Source of the DNA: Giardia intestinalis
Taxonomy: Eukaryota
Assembly (NCBI GenBank): GCA_000002435.2
Contig: CM018793.1
Strand: one strand, 5' to 3'
DNA: 64,000 nt
The notes beneath the pieces were generated by a model that worked only from the letters and a program-made list of their open reading frames with translations, searched no databases and had not been told where the DNA came from. Every line of letters starts with the position of its first letter. Within the stretch, counting starts at the first letter, position 1. Positions 12,501 through 21,680 of this stretch are shown here, in pieces. Position numbers and translations under genes: made by a program.

Positions 12501-15500
12501 TCTTACGATACAGAACTCATTGTAGATTAACTGTAGTACTGTCACAAGGGTCCAGTTTTGCAAGGTAAGAGATTGATGACTCTTTGCTCCGAGAAGATCG
12601 TGATACATCGAGGTTTCCCCCTGGCCCCTAGTTAAGGGCTTGAAAAGTACTATAAACCCAGACAACAATCTAAAAAACCGAAGGAAATTGTTTTTAAATA
12701 GCGTATCCACAAATATGTGCCCAGTATTCCCTACTGTGAGGATGGAGTTGTTGTTATCTGCCGCCTCAAATGTATAGATGTTCTCAATCAAATCGATGAG
12801 TACAACTAATGTCATAATTGAGAAAGTATCTTGTGAAACGCCCCCAACGCGAACAATCTTTGCCTCGGGTCTAATTAGCTCCCCAACCGCCTGAGTGAGG
12901 AGTTTCTCGCTAGTAAGTAACTCGGAAACGGAGTGCTTCTCATCCTTAGAAGAAATACCGGCCAAGTCCCGCTGTACTTGCTCAGCGGTGTAATTACCTG
13001 GGGTGGGTACTGGATGGCCTCTTACTGGTGGTGTTGGTGCTGTTGTTGCGAAAGCCAGGTTTGAACTTGATCGGGACACGGACGAAAAGGCAGAGTCGGT
13101 TATTGCGATCGGTTCTAGCTTAGTTGAACCGAGAATAATTGAGGATGATGTGTCCTGTGTTTGGTCCGAGACCACAGACTCACAATACCCATTTGAATGG
13201 CCCTTATGAGGTTGTTCAGGGACCTTTTCCTGCTTCTTGGCATGCTTCTTCTGCTTTTTTCTCCGCCATATCTGTACCAAGTTTGGCCAGCGGGCTAGCT
13301 TGAATAGGCTGTTTTCAGATCTATTTCCCAAAGGATCTACTATCGTTTTAGTCTTGCGTTTACCGAAAATAAATTTCTGAAATGTGTTTTGGCCTATTGA
13401 AGTATTAATATATGCATAGTATTTAATGAGACGTGAAAGGGCAACTGCCGGAGGAAGATCATAGGTGATCGAGGGCGCAAACCTTGTACTCCATCTTTCC
13501 GTTGTGCCGATACCCAGTTTTCCACCGTCAGTTCCATCATCTACAAGATACACTTCATCTCCAGATACTTCTTTTGGACTGGAGAGTGTGTACTCCGAGT
13601 TCTCAAGAGAGGTGTACTTAATTCTCTGCTCCCGCAAGAAAAGCTGAAAGCTGTGTCCATATGGTGTAGCAGATCCCGGTGAATCATCTAACAATTGAAA
13701 TTGTGAGTGCATAGTACTGCGCCCAGCTAGATGCGCATCTGACCAGCACTTGAACAAAGGGGTGAAAACCTCCCTTTCGCTATACGTGTGTATGGTCACT
13801 AGTGTGCCCTTCTCAAAGCGGCTGTACAGAGTGGGCACGTAGGGAACTATAATCACGGTTCGGTCCTTTCCATCCGGCATCCTCTGTTGCAGATATGTGG
13901 AGTCTGTATCTGCGATCTTAGACCCTTGACCCTGTATCTTAACTGTAAAGGCGGTAAAAGCGGGCACATATGGGAACAGAGTGTCATAAATCAGAGAAGG
14001 ATAGCTCACCTCCTGATAGACAGACTCCAACTCAAAAATCTTGAAGTCAATCTTAGGGAACAAGGAGAGCAAGTGGGTCTTAAAGAAGTACTGCGCAGGC
14101 GATAGATGTTTTCCTGCTAGTGAAATGAAATTGAATAAAGTCGTCGTATCTTGATGGATTGCAGATTGATTTCCAGTCAACTTTTTAGAATTTAGTGCTG
14201 CAAATTGGAGCGTCTTCTGATGAATTTGTTCTTCGTAACGCTTGTTCCCCGTCATCCCAGTGTAATTCAACATAATTTCCAGAATAGTGCCGAAGTATAT
14301 AAAGACCCAGGGGCTTGCAAAGTAGCTCCAGGCGAAGTCCAGGGCCATAGTAAGCTCCGCGCTATGCAATATGCGTATGTGAGAAATGCTTACAGATTTG
14401 GTGAAAATGACAGCCAAGATCTGGCCAAACTCTGCACAGGTCGACGTTATAAATGGTACAGCATACTTCCTTGCCAAATACATTGCAATACAGTGCTCGC
14501 GATAAAGATGTTGGGGCATGAAAAACGAGTCCGTAATGGTCCGGGCCTCGGATGAGACGAGCACAGAACATATATCGATATATCTGAAGAAGCTTGTGCT
14601 GTGCAATTGAGACGCCAGCTCCTTGTAGTCATCCGCCTTTGTGGCGCTGTCATTGAGAAGAAGAAGAATAAACCCCAAGATTGCCATTTCAATCTTCTCC
14701 TGTCTAACAATGAGACAATTAAAAATAAGCTTTATCAAATATCTATCTAGTGCTGTATCCATTCCGTATGTGCGAAGCTCACAAAGTCGCGCAAGCCTGA
14801 TATTGTGGATAGAAAACTGCTCAAGGAGAAACGGTGGCTGCTGTCCGCGTGCATGCAAGGCAATTCCATACTTTTTATTCAAGAGGATTTCCTCTTGTGG
14901 GGTGCCCAAATTAACAAGGTCTATATCCTTAGAAAGGGTCATTCCTCTAACAAACTCGTAGAAGGACAACAAAAGGGACAGAGGATAGTAGATGCATATT
15001 AAGTACAGCAGTATCCCCGGAGGAAAAAGGAAGATCTTGGTGTTGAAGTAAGTTGTGGCCTTTTGTGTTTCTATGCTTAGTTGAATGCATGAGGCTTCAA
15101 ACCTGTGGATTGGAATCCCGTCTCTTTCATTGCAGTTTCTGACAAAGGTGGTTAGAAGCGCATATAGCCTAGATGACGATCTTCCCATCAGGCTGCTTCC
15201 CTCTAGGAACCGCATGAAGGAAATGGAGCGAGTGAAGTGCTCAACGCTGTCATGGTATTTGCTGTACTTATAAAGGACCATGAGTAACGCAATTAGTAGG
15301 GCACTTAGATACGTAATGGCATAGAAGCCTGCACTGGAAAGGCCTGGAGAAATTGTAGAAAAGAAGTACACTAGTGAACTAATTACCGTTATAGATGCAG
15401 TATACACTGTCACAAAGGTCAAGAGGATGTTACTAATAAGTGACGCAAAGATTTCAGCTTGAATTACAAAGAATATTAAGATGAGTGAGTGAAGTACATA

Positions 15501-16139
15501 GATGTAGTTGTCATAAAAAGGGTAGAGCTGTGCAAGAAAAGGCCCCAACGAAAAGAGCTTAATAATGGCCAGGAGCTGGCGAGTATCCAACACTGCAGAA
15601 ATAGTTAATATGTGGACATTGTGAACGTTAAAGCGGGAGATGATATTCAAATCAATGACTTGCTTAATAAGCCACCCCAACGTCAAGATCACGAGCCAGA
15701 GGATCTTCATGGAGGTACGAATATACACGACTTTGGCTATAAACTGACCCATGTTAATTAAAATCGGGGCTTCTGTCACTAAAATTAAATTGGTGCATAG
15801 TCCAAAGCTAAACCAATAGATATATGGATGCCGGAGAAGGGCGCGACTCAGGTAAGCTGTTAAAAGATAAAATAGAACGGCTCCTAGATATGCAAATGCT
15901 GCAACAGAAATAACGACTCTTTGCCAATCATCAATACCACACAGGAATCTGCTGATAGAAAAGGGAAGATGGGTGTGGTCCATCATACCCGGGGCTATGC
16001 ACATTCCTACGATGTTCTGAAAACCGATGAGTACAAAAACTATTAATAGCGGTCCAAGGGTTGTCTTATAGAGGTAATTATTTGGCCGCCAGCGCACAAA
16101 GCCCTTAGAAATAATTAAGAGTAGCCGGCGTAGGCCCAT
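6513..16139 (-). CDS. giant (3208 aa) polytopic membrane protein, function unknown
   Basis: A single uninterrupted 9.6-kb ORF begins with a true ATG whose upstream context is tttaaaaaataag. The first 620 residues or so contain roughly 10-12 strongly hydrophobic segments. Additional TM-like segments (ALFLFVLFCIIYFYLG, ICLFLLLVILSVVLSV, SIISLSVLLLTIIPLALY, INILIIIGIFSAGLAGCMLVSL, LLIICSVLLTLVTISISIVF, LVPLLIGTFGLFFLWGSIGLIF, C-terminal VTVVIVLVVVVFVYTISIIALIW) are scattered between long soluble, partly S/T-rich regions. I saw no Walker or other catalytic motif. Confidence 0.65.
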   Translation of the reverse strand: MGLRRLLLIISKGFVRWRPNNYLYKTTLGPLLIVFVLIGFQNIVGMCIAPGMMDHTHLPFSISRFLCGIDDWQRVVISVAAFAYLGAVLFYLLTAYLSRALLRHPYIYWFSFGLCTNLILVTEAPILINMGQFIAKVVYIRTSMKILWLVILTLGWLIKQVIDLNIISRFNVHNVHILTISAVLDTRQLLAIIKLFSLGPFLAQLYPFYDNYIYVLHSLILIFFVIQAEIFASLISNILLTFVTVYTASITVISSLVYFFSTISPGLSSAGFYAITYLSALLIALLMVLYKYSKYHDSVEHFTRSISFMRFLEGSSLMGRSSSRLYALLTTFVRNCNERDGIPIHRFEASCIQLSIETQKATTYFNTKIFLFPPGILLYLICIYYPLSLLLSFYEFVRGMTLSKDIDLVNLGTPQEEILLNKKYGIALHARGQQPPFLLEQFSIHNIRLARLCELRTYGMDTALDRYLIKLIFNCLIVRQEKIEMAILGFILLLLNDSATKADDYKELASQLHSTSFFRYIDICSVLVSSEARTITDSFFMPQHLYREHCIAMYLARKYAVPFITSTCAEFGQILAVIFTKSVSISHIRILHSAELTMALDFAWSYFASPWVFIYFGTILEIMLNYTGMTGNKRYEEQIHQKTLQFAALNSKKLTGNQSAIHQDTTTLFNFISLAGKHLSPAQYFFKTHLLSLFPKIDFKIFELESVYQEVSYPSLIYDTLFPYVPAFTAFTVKIQGQGSKIADTDSTYLQQRMPDGKDRTVIIVPYVPTLYSRFEKGTLVTIHTYSEREVFTPLFKCWSDAHLAGRSTMHSQFQLLDDSPGSATPYGHSFQLFLREQRIKYTSLENSEYTLSSPKEVSGDEVYLVDDGTDGGKLGIGTTERWSTRFAPSITYDLPPAVALSRLIKYYAYINTSIGQNTFQKFIFGKRKTKTIVDPLGNRSENSLFKLARWPNLVQIWRRKKQKKHAKKQEKVPEQPHKGHSNGYCESVVSDQTQDTSSSIILGSTKLEPIAITDSAFSSVSRSSSNLAFATTAPTPPVRGHPVPTPGNYTAEQVQRDLAGISSKDEKHSVSELLTSEKLLTQAVGELIRPEAKIVRVGGVSQDTFSIMTLVVLIDLIENIYTFEAADNNNSILTVGNTGHIFVDTLFKNNFLRFFRLLSGFIVLFKPLTRGQGETSMYHDLLGAKSHQSLTLQNWTLVTVLQLIYNEFCIVRKVLSSTTTIRHKDQSILFMYYGFLRSFNFCPKDTARFAKICREIIPEAIEADRTPHLRSFLNIVVHTHSGINVAHHDSPGMSGLYHVHSSGRNTPASQSSAGNDNSSTEIFSEGLPISQHYDPQIDNYSDIKARGYLGSLFDSHNHEEHAAAHENDIFGANLSKTYRRQLEEQIAKRADGIRAISIVGRKVHLGFISERMRTLKGWFNLPHQLDNAPHTTASFYISLAGTALFLFVLFCIIYFYLGDLWVRGLTLSDYLDLLLYKYIHNVRLWSIDKKLTSNTRGKCSAEMRKQYETVATASLSLSCFYGEGLCNGILTHLSQYSFLNGNESSSTQDYLLYNGSSNAITNDVNALENDSFYKSQLINLFPSELYNENSDDITIFLSFFTNLTTPSKTFQDLLSGIIDPSKIFSYISVMRTNPLLSKVLQIPETFHWLWEYQAQLENYIPRISITPSVLKQSKALSPIFAYTVSFREYADILSSLLYQKTYLPDNERFHIKFDDSRFTTTPLFDQNIFETAPQGVKKLILYSTVARDLAVQYLFNIELPIHILICTLCLVIVISTIRSIQFRKLIIVFFRILSIYQQLNYNDISRLSNAICFKICDFVIQFYDINALQMLLRDPHINKSSSQSRMTPFSTSISTSKLQTRASGTTMQTPATSAEPSVQEVDDVKTHGELPRIAEASTSQQNQQSFLSSSHRHCPEILSTMLDSRSQNTGDRSTTKSRFSTPLRSEDLNNESLIAETRSTSSSHRVSHFKQSRRFCCNLMAHKVLEKIKEIKKQADSTLSLTFMQRVFICCPFLGIFISFKSRLEALEKTCTRLKGELDLLSSLSTQSAEEKQIVEGAINVINARHSKMNYRYVALKRKADNIQPICLFLLLVILSVVLSVASVHVLGSISMTLTHRVMSSESALLLTRKLHFFQHMLNYLETGIWNIRMGANVSTYKETYTSAVKHLNVEELESMFSEFNRYNVFSIPLTSYARILAPCSNLFYALTFVFEPLLTAPRYLFTVLRAPLLFLTRIVAPSQLLEYTRRDGNVIHRQLDYHLEVKPFYSDSTVLTYYKLLRYFIDVSNTMLELPMIKAKDSSYDFVATNYDVENDSAECVLKKTLFSNLLYDTYSLEHYLDPRSPATLLVDYFDSPNKDAVRSFSDLYHHANKILDMTSFKSLFYLFSARFNQEVEIHLGPKNSSESVYDTMKRAMKLYLFGNFTEYILKDTSGTIRLVDLNLSTNFIMSIISLSVLLLTIIPLALYCSLYVFWSFKHLLFSNGHSHGFNSGKIRKYINILIIIGIFSAGLAGCMLVSLSGFNLAYAFRIDREYALIRSLHELSSYHLRYRRDSIATFLDQPVAYSPTDVFVPAQDRLDTIYHESLSLLYYYGFFIPHLNRQDYYNISALKEDLLNAALSGYNETSYISELQLYNSMPSYSSYILSDFPISIQEYIYAAKKLIEPNIPLIRWNENLGNARFTQGTVEEVLSSFYSFAEQRSFSILIQKHLRDNYVLALYQPTADSPDSHINILDSIAQMHLDTLDQANMGMEYAFGRLYDGIMSLFVQKQKEHDSKLEVRSLLIICSVLLTLVTISISIVFSSLPIYTVYARMLKDSPSSSSDSPQEVSAIEVEMLLEQTGHMVNSMYNMQMDEHAAKHLHRNDKVRKLFDKIASSQIVGTKQLFLGEIVFYTLVPLLIGTFGLFFLWGSIGLIFMYAKYYSISSYVKGMPMLVESVRYINQYLITEAETHPEYASKYSYSSTDNLSVEEKIAIKESAQRFQSFCDLHAEHIHLLRIMLESICYGSEYVLKFSSPSVRFGERIQGFSAEIDSTLLYWNQHESVTTGHVSCRKLYERLTELSIPALTRITHIADQISPLGINANYTINLINSTNGTNVTGSITLGQILNLLVPLSNINLTSNLETFRVMSDTLQVAMEAVSKQINTYLYNRIVTVVIVLVVVVFVYTISIIALIWSTGRLKHLKSVIMFGHNILVEWRDTKFKRRPGSSD

Positions 16140-17528
16140 ATCACTTATTTTTTAAATCGCGCCCTCACCTTTTTCAATCAAGATAGCACTGTGAGTATAA
16201 CAATTGCTCACGATTGGCAAAGGTATGCAAGGCTACAAAAGATGTACGCATCAGTAACACCTTGTAATTATGCCATAAGAACTTGTACGACTTAGTACTG
16301 CTTTACTGAATCCATAGTGCTATTTGCTCACCAAGCTTTTGCACATACCACTGATACACACGAATGCTGGGTATGTTCTTGCATCTAATTGTACCAATCG
16401 ATATGTAGTTTAGATAGATTGTAATTTTGCGGACGAAGTATCGTCTTCTATGCTGCTTCATACTGCTGCGCATCACCTTGTTGTAGTAGGAATCCTTCTT
16501 TAGGTTTTTGTGTCTATTGCTCTACTCATGCTATACTGAGAGAAACATCGACTGTCTGGAGCAGTGCAAAAAGCTTCCTAGCTGCAGGGTATTTCCGGAG
16601 TTTGAATAAGGAGTGTCTCCGGAGCGTGTCCCTTTCTAGGTTATCACCTGCCATTTCTGGTATACCGCCAAATGATGTACAAACTTTCAAGTCAGTGCAG
16701 CCGGTCTCAAGTTAATAGCAGCAACGCTCCTAGATGATAAAATAGCCCCAGAGGTGTTATGAAGCCAGTACATGGAATAATTTTATCTAAAGGCTCTGCT
16801 ATGCATGCATACTGTCTCAATGGTTCCAAGATAGTTGTGATCACTTGCCTTTAAGTGAGATGCTTGTAGTGCGGTGTGCAACCGCAGCAGACGTTGGCTC
16901 CGCTGCCACGTAGATCTTAAGCAATGATCTGTAGCATCCACAAGTATGCGGCTAGTTTAATATTGATCATAAACTGGAATGCCTTAGTCCGGCTGACTAT
17001 CACAAGTGACTGTGCAAAGATATGGGCACTGAGTAAACGGATATAACTAAAGAGAGCGGAAGTTATAGGGGTGCAATGCTCACTGACAAGTTGGAGGTTG
17101 AGGTACAGAAAGCTTCAGTCACCCTCGAGGTCCGTTCTCTTGTTACCATAAAGCATATCTGACATTGGTAGTAAGTATAGAGAGAAGGTTGTTACCACAA
17201 TACACACTTAGAGTAGGAGGTTTCGATAGACCAACCTTCGAATATGACGTATCCACAAATAAGAGCAAGACTTTCATAGAGAATTGAGGAGGTAGGACAG
17301 CATCAAGGCGCTCAACCTGGGCAAGGTTTATAAAACCTGTAAAGGACAGGTTGCAATCAAACTATCAAGTATTGACGTCAAAACCTTTTACACAATTCCT
17401 CCTTCTATCAAGACACGACACTAGTGTCTACTAAATTGGGCTCGACAAGCATAGCCGTCGTATTTCATGTTAATAAGCTAAAATGTTTTATCGTTTAATT
17501 CTTTGAGTAGCCAAATCAACGTATTGAT

Positions 17529-19040
17529 ATGCTAGTACTACTACTATTTTCTATTGCTTTGGGATGTGCCCTGGGTACACCTTTTACTAACGAACCTGAA
17601 CATGGAATGGGTGTCCGCTTCACCCGACGCGGACTGGAGAAGTTCTGCCAGAAGGGCTACTCTATCATTCCTGACGTTATCTCTGCTCTTCCAGCGTTTC
17701 CAGAGATACCCATAACTGTCGGGATTTTGCAGATTACTCTCTCCAATATCAGACCCCGTGCAGTGCGTGTTTCAACCATGAAGGTTTATTTGCAAGACAA
17801 CAACTTTGTCAAGATGGAGGCTCGGGACGGCATCATGCAGATCTCGATGCGGCTTAAAACTACCATTACTGGGATCACCGGGACCGTCGACTGCATCTTC
17901 ACCCTCAAGGACTTCGGGGCAGACATCTCCCTGAGGCTCGGAGACGACCCCACCTGCCCGTACCATTTCGGGCTTTCCGAGATATCGAACGTCGTGTACT
18001 CGTCTGGGCTCGACATCGATGCCATCGGACTTGACACGGGGGGATCTGTCCTTGCAACTGCCATCCAGGGCATGGGGCCCACGCTGGAGACCCTGGTGAA
18101 GGATACTGTGCTGCAATTCCTTTTAGATACCATCTTTAAGTCGATAAAGCAGTCAATGCTTAACCTGCCCATAGTTGTCCAGATCAACAATGACTACATG
18201 TCTGACCAGCGCTACATCAATGGCATCAATGTCGTCGATAACAAGATAGTGGCAGACCAAGGTGGCTTTTCAATGATCGTTGCTATCCCAGATTGGTCGG
18301 TCAGAGCTCTCTATCCAAACAAGATCACCTCTCCCCCTCCGAAGACAGTCTACACCGACAGGGACTATGAGTTCTATGTAGACAGGGAGTCGGTCAACTC
18401 CTACCTGTATGCCTGGCACGTGGCGTATGACAAGTTCAAGGCAGACGGTCTCACTGTCCCGTACAGCACCATCAGGGGGCAGAACATACCCGGCCTTGCA
18501 GAGGCTCTTGTGAAAGCAGGCATGTTAACCGATGTCAGTGATCCCGGAAATGATGTCACCCTGACTCTATCGGTCAGTCCCTCCAAGGATGCCGCACCCC
18601 ACATCCCGTGGATCGGGGCAGCTGCACTGTTGACCAATCTCACAGGAACACTTGTTGTGACAACCAGCAAGGTATCAGGCCAAACTCCGGTGACTTTAGC
18701 CAATCTCGAGGGCAATGTGCTCTTCTCTTCTGCGGTCAAGCTTAGGAAGTTTACCTACGGGTTTAACAACGACCAAGTTCGTGCATATGCAGAGTTCCTT
18801 GATGTGTACGATATTGCCACCAAGAAGCACAGCGAAGGGATGGATGATCCTGTTCCTCTACTGAAGCGTCTTCTTCTAGATAAGTACCTCCCCCTTGTTA
18901 ACCCGATCCTGGCCGAGACAGGGGTGGCCCTCATGAACGGGAACTTCATCGACTACGCTACCATCGACACTGTTTATCTGTGCAGCGAGGACAGAGTGCT
19001 CTTTGTTGCTGACATCGAGAAGAATCGATATTTTTCCTAA
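17529..19040 (+). CDS. secreted BPI/LBP/CETP-family (bactericidal/permeability-increasing-like) lipid-binding protein
   Basis: There is an N-terminal signal-peptide-like MLVLLLFSIALGCALG. The following 480 aa or so repeatedly match my recollection of the BPI N-terminal barrel (GVRFTRRGLEKFCQKGYSI vs RISQKGLDYASQQGTAA; VGILQITLSNIRP...; DCIFTLKDFGADISLRLGDDPTCPYHFGLSEISNVVYSSGLDID vs [40 protein letters not shown]). The start is a true ATG. Confidence 0.55.
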   Translation: MLVLLLFSIALGCALGTPFTNEPEHGMGVRFTRRGLEKFCQKGYSIIPDVISALPAFPEIPITVGILQITLSNIRPRAVRVSTMKVYLQDNNFVKMEARDGIMQISMRLKTTITGITGTVDCIFTLKDFGADISLRLGDDPTCPYHFGLSEISNVVYSSGLDIDAIGLDTGGSVLATAIQGMGPTLETLVKDTVLQFLLDTIFKSIKQSMLNLPIVVQINNDYMSDQRYINGINVVDNKIVADQGGFSMIVAIPDWSVRALYPNKITSPPPKTVYTDRDYEFYVDRESVNSYLYAWHVAYDKFKADGLTVPYSTIRGQNIPGLAEALVKAGMLTDVSDPGNDVTLTLSVSPSKDAAPHIPWIGAAALLTNLTGTLVVTTSKVSGQTPVTLANLEGNVLFSSAVKLRKFTYGFNNDQVRAYAEFLDVYDIATKKHSEGMDDPVPLLKRLLLDKYLPLVNPILAETGVALMNGNFIDYATIDTVYLCSEDRVLFVADIEKNRYFS

Positions 19041-20765
19041 ATCTTGCATCACGTATATCCTCGCACGTCGAGGGTTCAGTCTGTACCATATGAACGGCTT
19101 GACTGAACGAACGCGTGTCTTATTAGTAACACTACTTAGTAGTAAATGTTTGTAGACCTCCTCGGCGAAACGCCTTAGGCCAGGGCTTCTGAGCATCGAC
19201 GTGCACCGTCGCACTGATGATGCACAGGAGCATGAGTCTTCTCCAATGACGAGGACAAGCGGACCGGGGAGATGCGTGTGCTCGTGAGCTCCTGGGCTGG
19301 GCTTAGCAGGGTCGGCCGATGGACGTTTGCAATCACAGACCATGACATTGAGAATGCATCTTCAGCGTGTCACAGATAAGCCCTGGTATCCCTGAGCTCT
19401 GGAACTGCAAACCGGATCCCGTGCAGACATGTGGGCGTTGAACTGTATACTGAGCCGCGGACGCTTGCTTTGTTCCTTGATCCTCGGGATTGGATACATG
19501 GTCACTAGCGATTGACTGTGCTCCCTGCCAAATGCACCAGCTATGCGCCGTCATGGCTGCACACATCCATTCACAGTATGCGATGTGCCTACTATCCGGG
19601 TAGACACTAATCCTTAGTCGCAGAGGCTACTTGCAGATACGCTCAGCCACTGCGGCCTCTGACTGTATCTGTGTACTGGGGCAGCTCCGTGCATGCCTGG
19701 GCCCTTGTCGTGCAGCTACCCTTTGCCTACAAGCGTCCACTTGCACATGCTAGCCTGACTGCTGTCGACGCCCCGTGTGTCCAGCAGGCGTAGTTACAAT
19801 GAAGACACAGGCTAATGACCACTATGCAGTCGTTGACACACGAGTAACAGCTGTGCCGTGCAACTGCAGTCGATTCTCACCATTTACTAGGCACCAAGAT
19901 GAAAGTGACGCACTGTGGGACCTACGCCTTTGTGTGCCTTAGATCTACGACCCTCGATCCTAGTGTTGGTTCAGAGGTCTCTTGCTTGACCACAGTGGGG
20001 GTCTTGCAATGGTGTGCTCTCAGTCCCCATGGTCAAGATAGGGTGACTGGTATGAGTCACGACGCATATCCTGCTCATGCTCAGACAGACGGACGCTCCA
20101 GAGGCTCCGAAATACACGGTGCTCTCCTGTTCTGTGGGAATCGGTATGCTCAGGGATACCCGGGACTTGGATGTGTGTCCGGGTGGGCACCAGGCACTCC
20201 GGCAACACTGGCGGTAGAGTGGGATAGGAGACAGGTGTATTCTGTCGGGTGCTGATGGCAGTGCTCCCGGTGGCCATCCACTACACGTGCCCGTCCGTCT
20301 CATAAGGCCAGGTTGGCCTGCACAGCCCCTCAATGTGGTCAGCTAATGGGAGACCCAGTGGAAGAGAACCCTCGGAGACCGGAATCCATGGGAGACGGGT
20401 GGACTCAGACACTGGTCATGCAAGGAGCTGCCATAGCCCTATCGAGCTCCAGCATTTGCTTGAAGCAAAAAGAAGGTTGTTCTGGTAGATTCAGGACATG
20501 TCGGAACCATCAGATCTAGTAGAAGGAGACAAACATGAATACTATTTCATAGTGAAAACATTGTCCAGCTAGTGGCCACCATTTTTTCACCTTGGAAACA
20601 ACGCTTGAGGCCCCATACATTCAGTTAATGGTCATGAATAGTGGTACTGTGTAATAATTCTATGCCCATAGTAGTTGGTATTGGCGTTTTGTTAGCGCAA
20701 GAAGGTCTAGTTCAGCCATATCTGTGCACTAAAAATTTAAATAAAGAATTTAAAAATACCCTCTC

Positions 20766-21626
20766 ATGCATTTAGCGCAATCACTTGAAGAGCTCATTGC
20801 ATCGAGAAATGTGCAAGATGCGGTTAAATTTACAGCTGCAATGACCCAGGAGCAAAGGCTCACCATATCAGAAGACTTTCAAGAGCAATATGGCTCAAGT
20901 GTGGGAGATCATATTAGAAAGCTGATGTCACCATCAAGTTCCACCTCTCTTCTAATAAATATGTGGCTTCCTACAAAGATACTCCGTTTGCGTGTGTTAG
21001 AGCGGAACTTTAAGGAGCTCGTGCCTCTGGAGCTAGCGCACTGTGCAATCACCTGTCCCCAAGAAGAATTTGTAGAGATCTGCGACATTTACAATACTAC
21101 GGCGAAAGCCTCTCTGTATGCGGGGATTCGCAGGCAATGCATTGGGCCAGAGCCCTGGAAGTATCTCGTTCAACAATGGGTCACCTTCAATCATGGATCT
21201 ATAAGCAATTTGGTTTTTCTGAGAGACCAAGCGCGTTGTGCAATCGAAAGTGTCGACGGGAGGCTCTTCGTGGACACCATTTTCAGCGCAGATCGTACCG
21301 TTTGGCCAGTTGTCTGCAAAGAGTACGAATGCCAATATGGAGCACCACTGATCAAAGACCTAGCTGTGTTTGGTGAGGATTCTGCCCCTATTCTTTCGTT
21401 TGCATGCTTATTTATCTGTGACCAAACGCTAGCAATCTCTTATTTACTCAACCAGTTTATCATGACAGGTGACAATGATGGCGCAGGAATCGTATCCGCG
21501 CTGTATTCGGAAGAATGGCATGGGGTTCCTATGGCATATGTGCAGTATGGTTCTTTGAAAGAGGACATACGTGCCAACTTCAGCTCCCGATACACTGAGG
21601 CACTTGCAACAGTCTGGAAGATATAG
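20766..21626 (+). CDS. alpha-giardin (annexin-like, family E) paralog, first of a + strand triplet
   Basis: The 286-aa protein is built from annexin-like roughly 70-aa helical repeats. Its size, a C-terminal ...YTEALATVWKI and its tandem placement with two clear alpha-giardins support the call. The start is an ATG with a very AT-rich upstream (aaaaatttaaataaagaatttaaaaatac). Confidence 0.65.
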   Translation: MHLAQSLEELIASRNVQDAVKFTAAMTQEQRLTISEDFQEQYGSSVGDHIRKLMSPSSSTSLLINMWLPTKILRLRVLERNFKELVPLELAHCAITCPQEEFVEICDIYNTTAKASLYAGIRRQCIGPEPWKYLVQQWVTFNHGSISNLVFLRDQARCAIESVDGRLFVDTIFSADRTVWPVVCKEYECQYGAPLIKDLAVFGEDSAPILSFACLFICDQTLAISYLLNQFIMTGDNDGAGIVSALYSEEWHGVPMAYVQYGSLKEDIRANFSSRYTEALATVWKI

Positions 21627-21680
21627 TAAAGGCGACTGTAGTTTTGACGTTGATTGGCGGTATTGCTATTCCATAAAATT

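Noticed and set aside
19333-20519. Overlapping ORFs on both strands in the GC-rich island (19333-19566, 19899-20255, 19971-20333, 20020-20277, 20313-20519)
   Set aside because: Mutually overlapping frames with Pro/Arg/Gly/Cys-rich translations are the signature of GC-rich non-coding DNA. None has a start context or a motif. The region is treated as a non-coding or ncRNA candidate instead.
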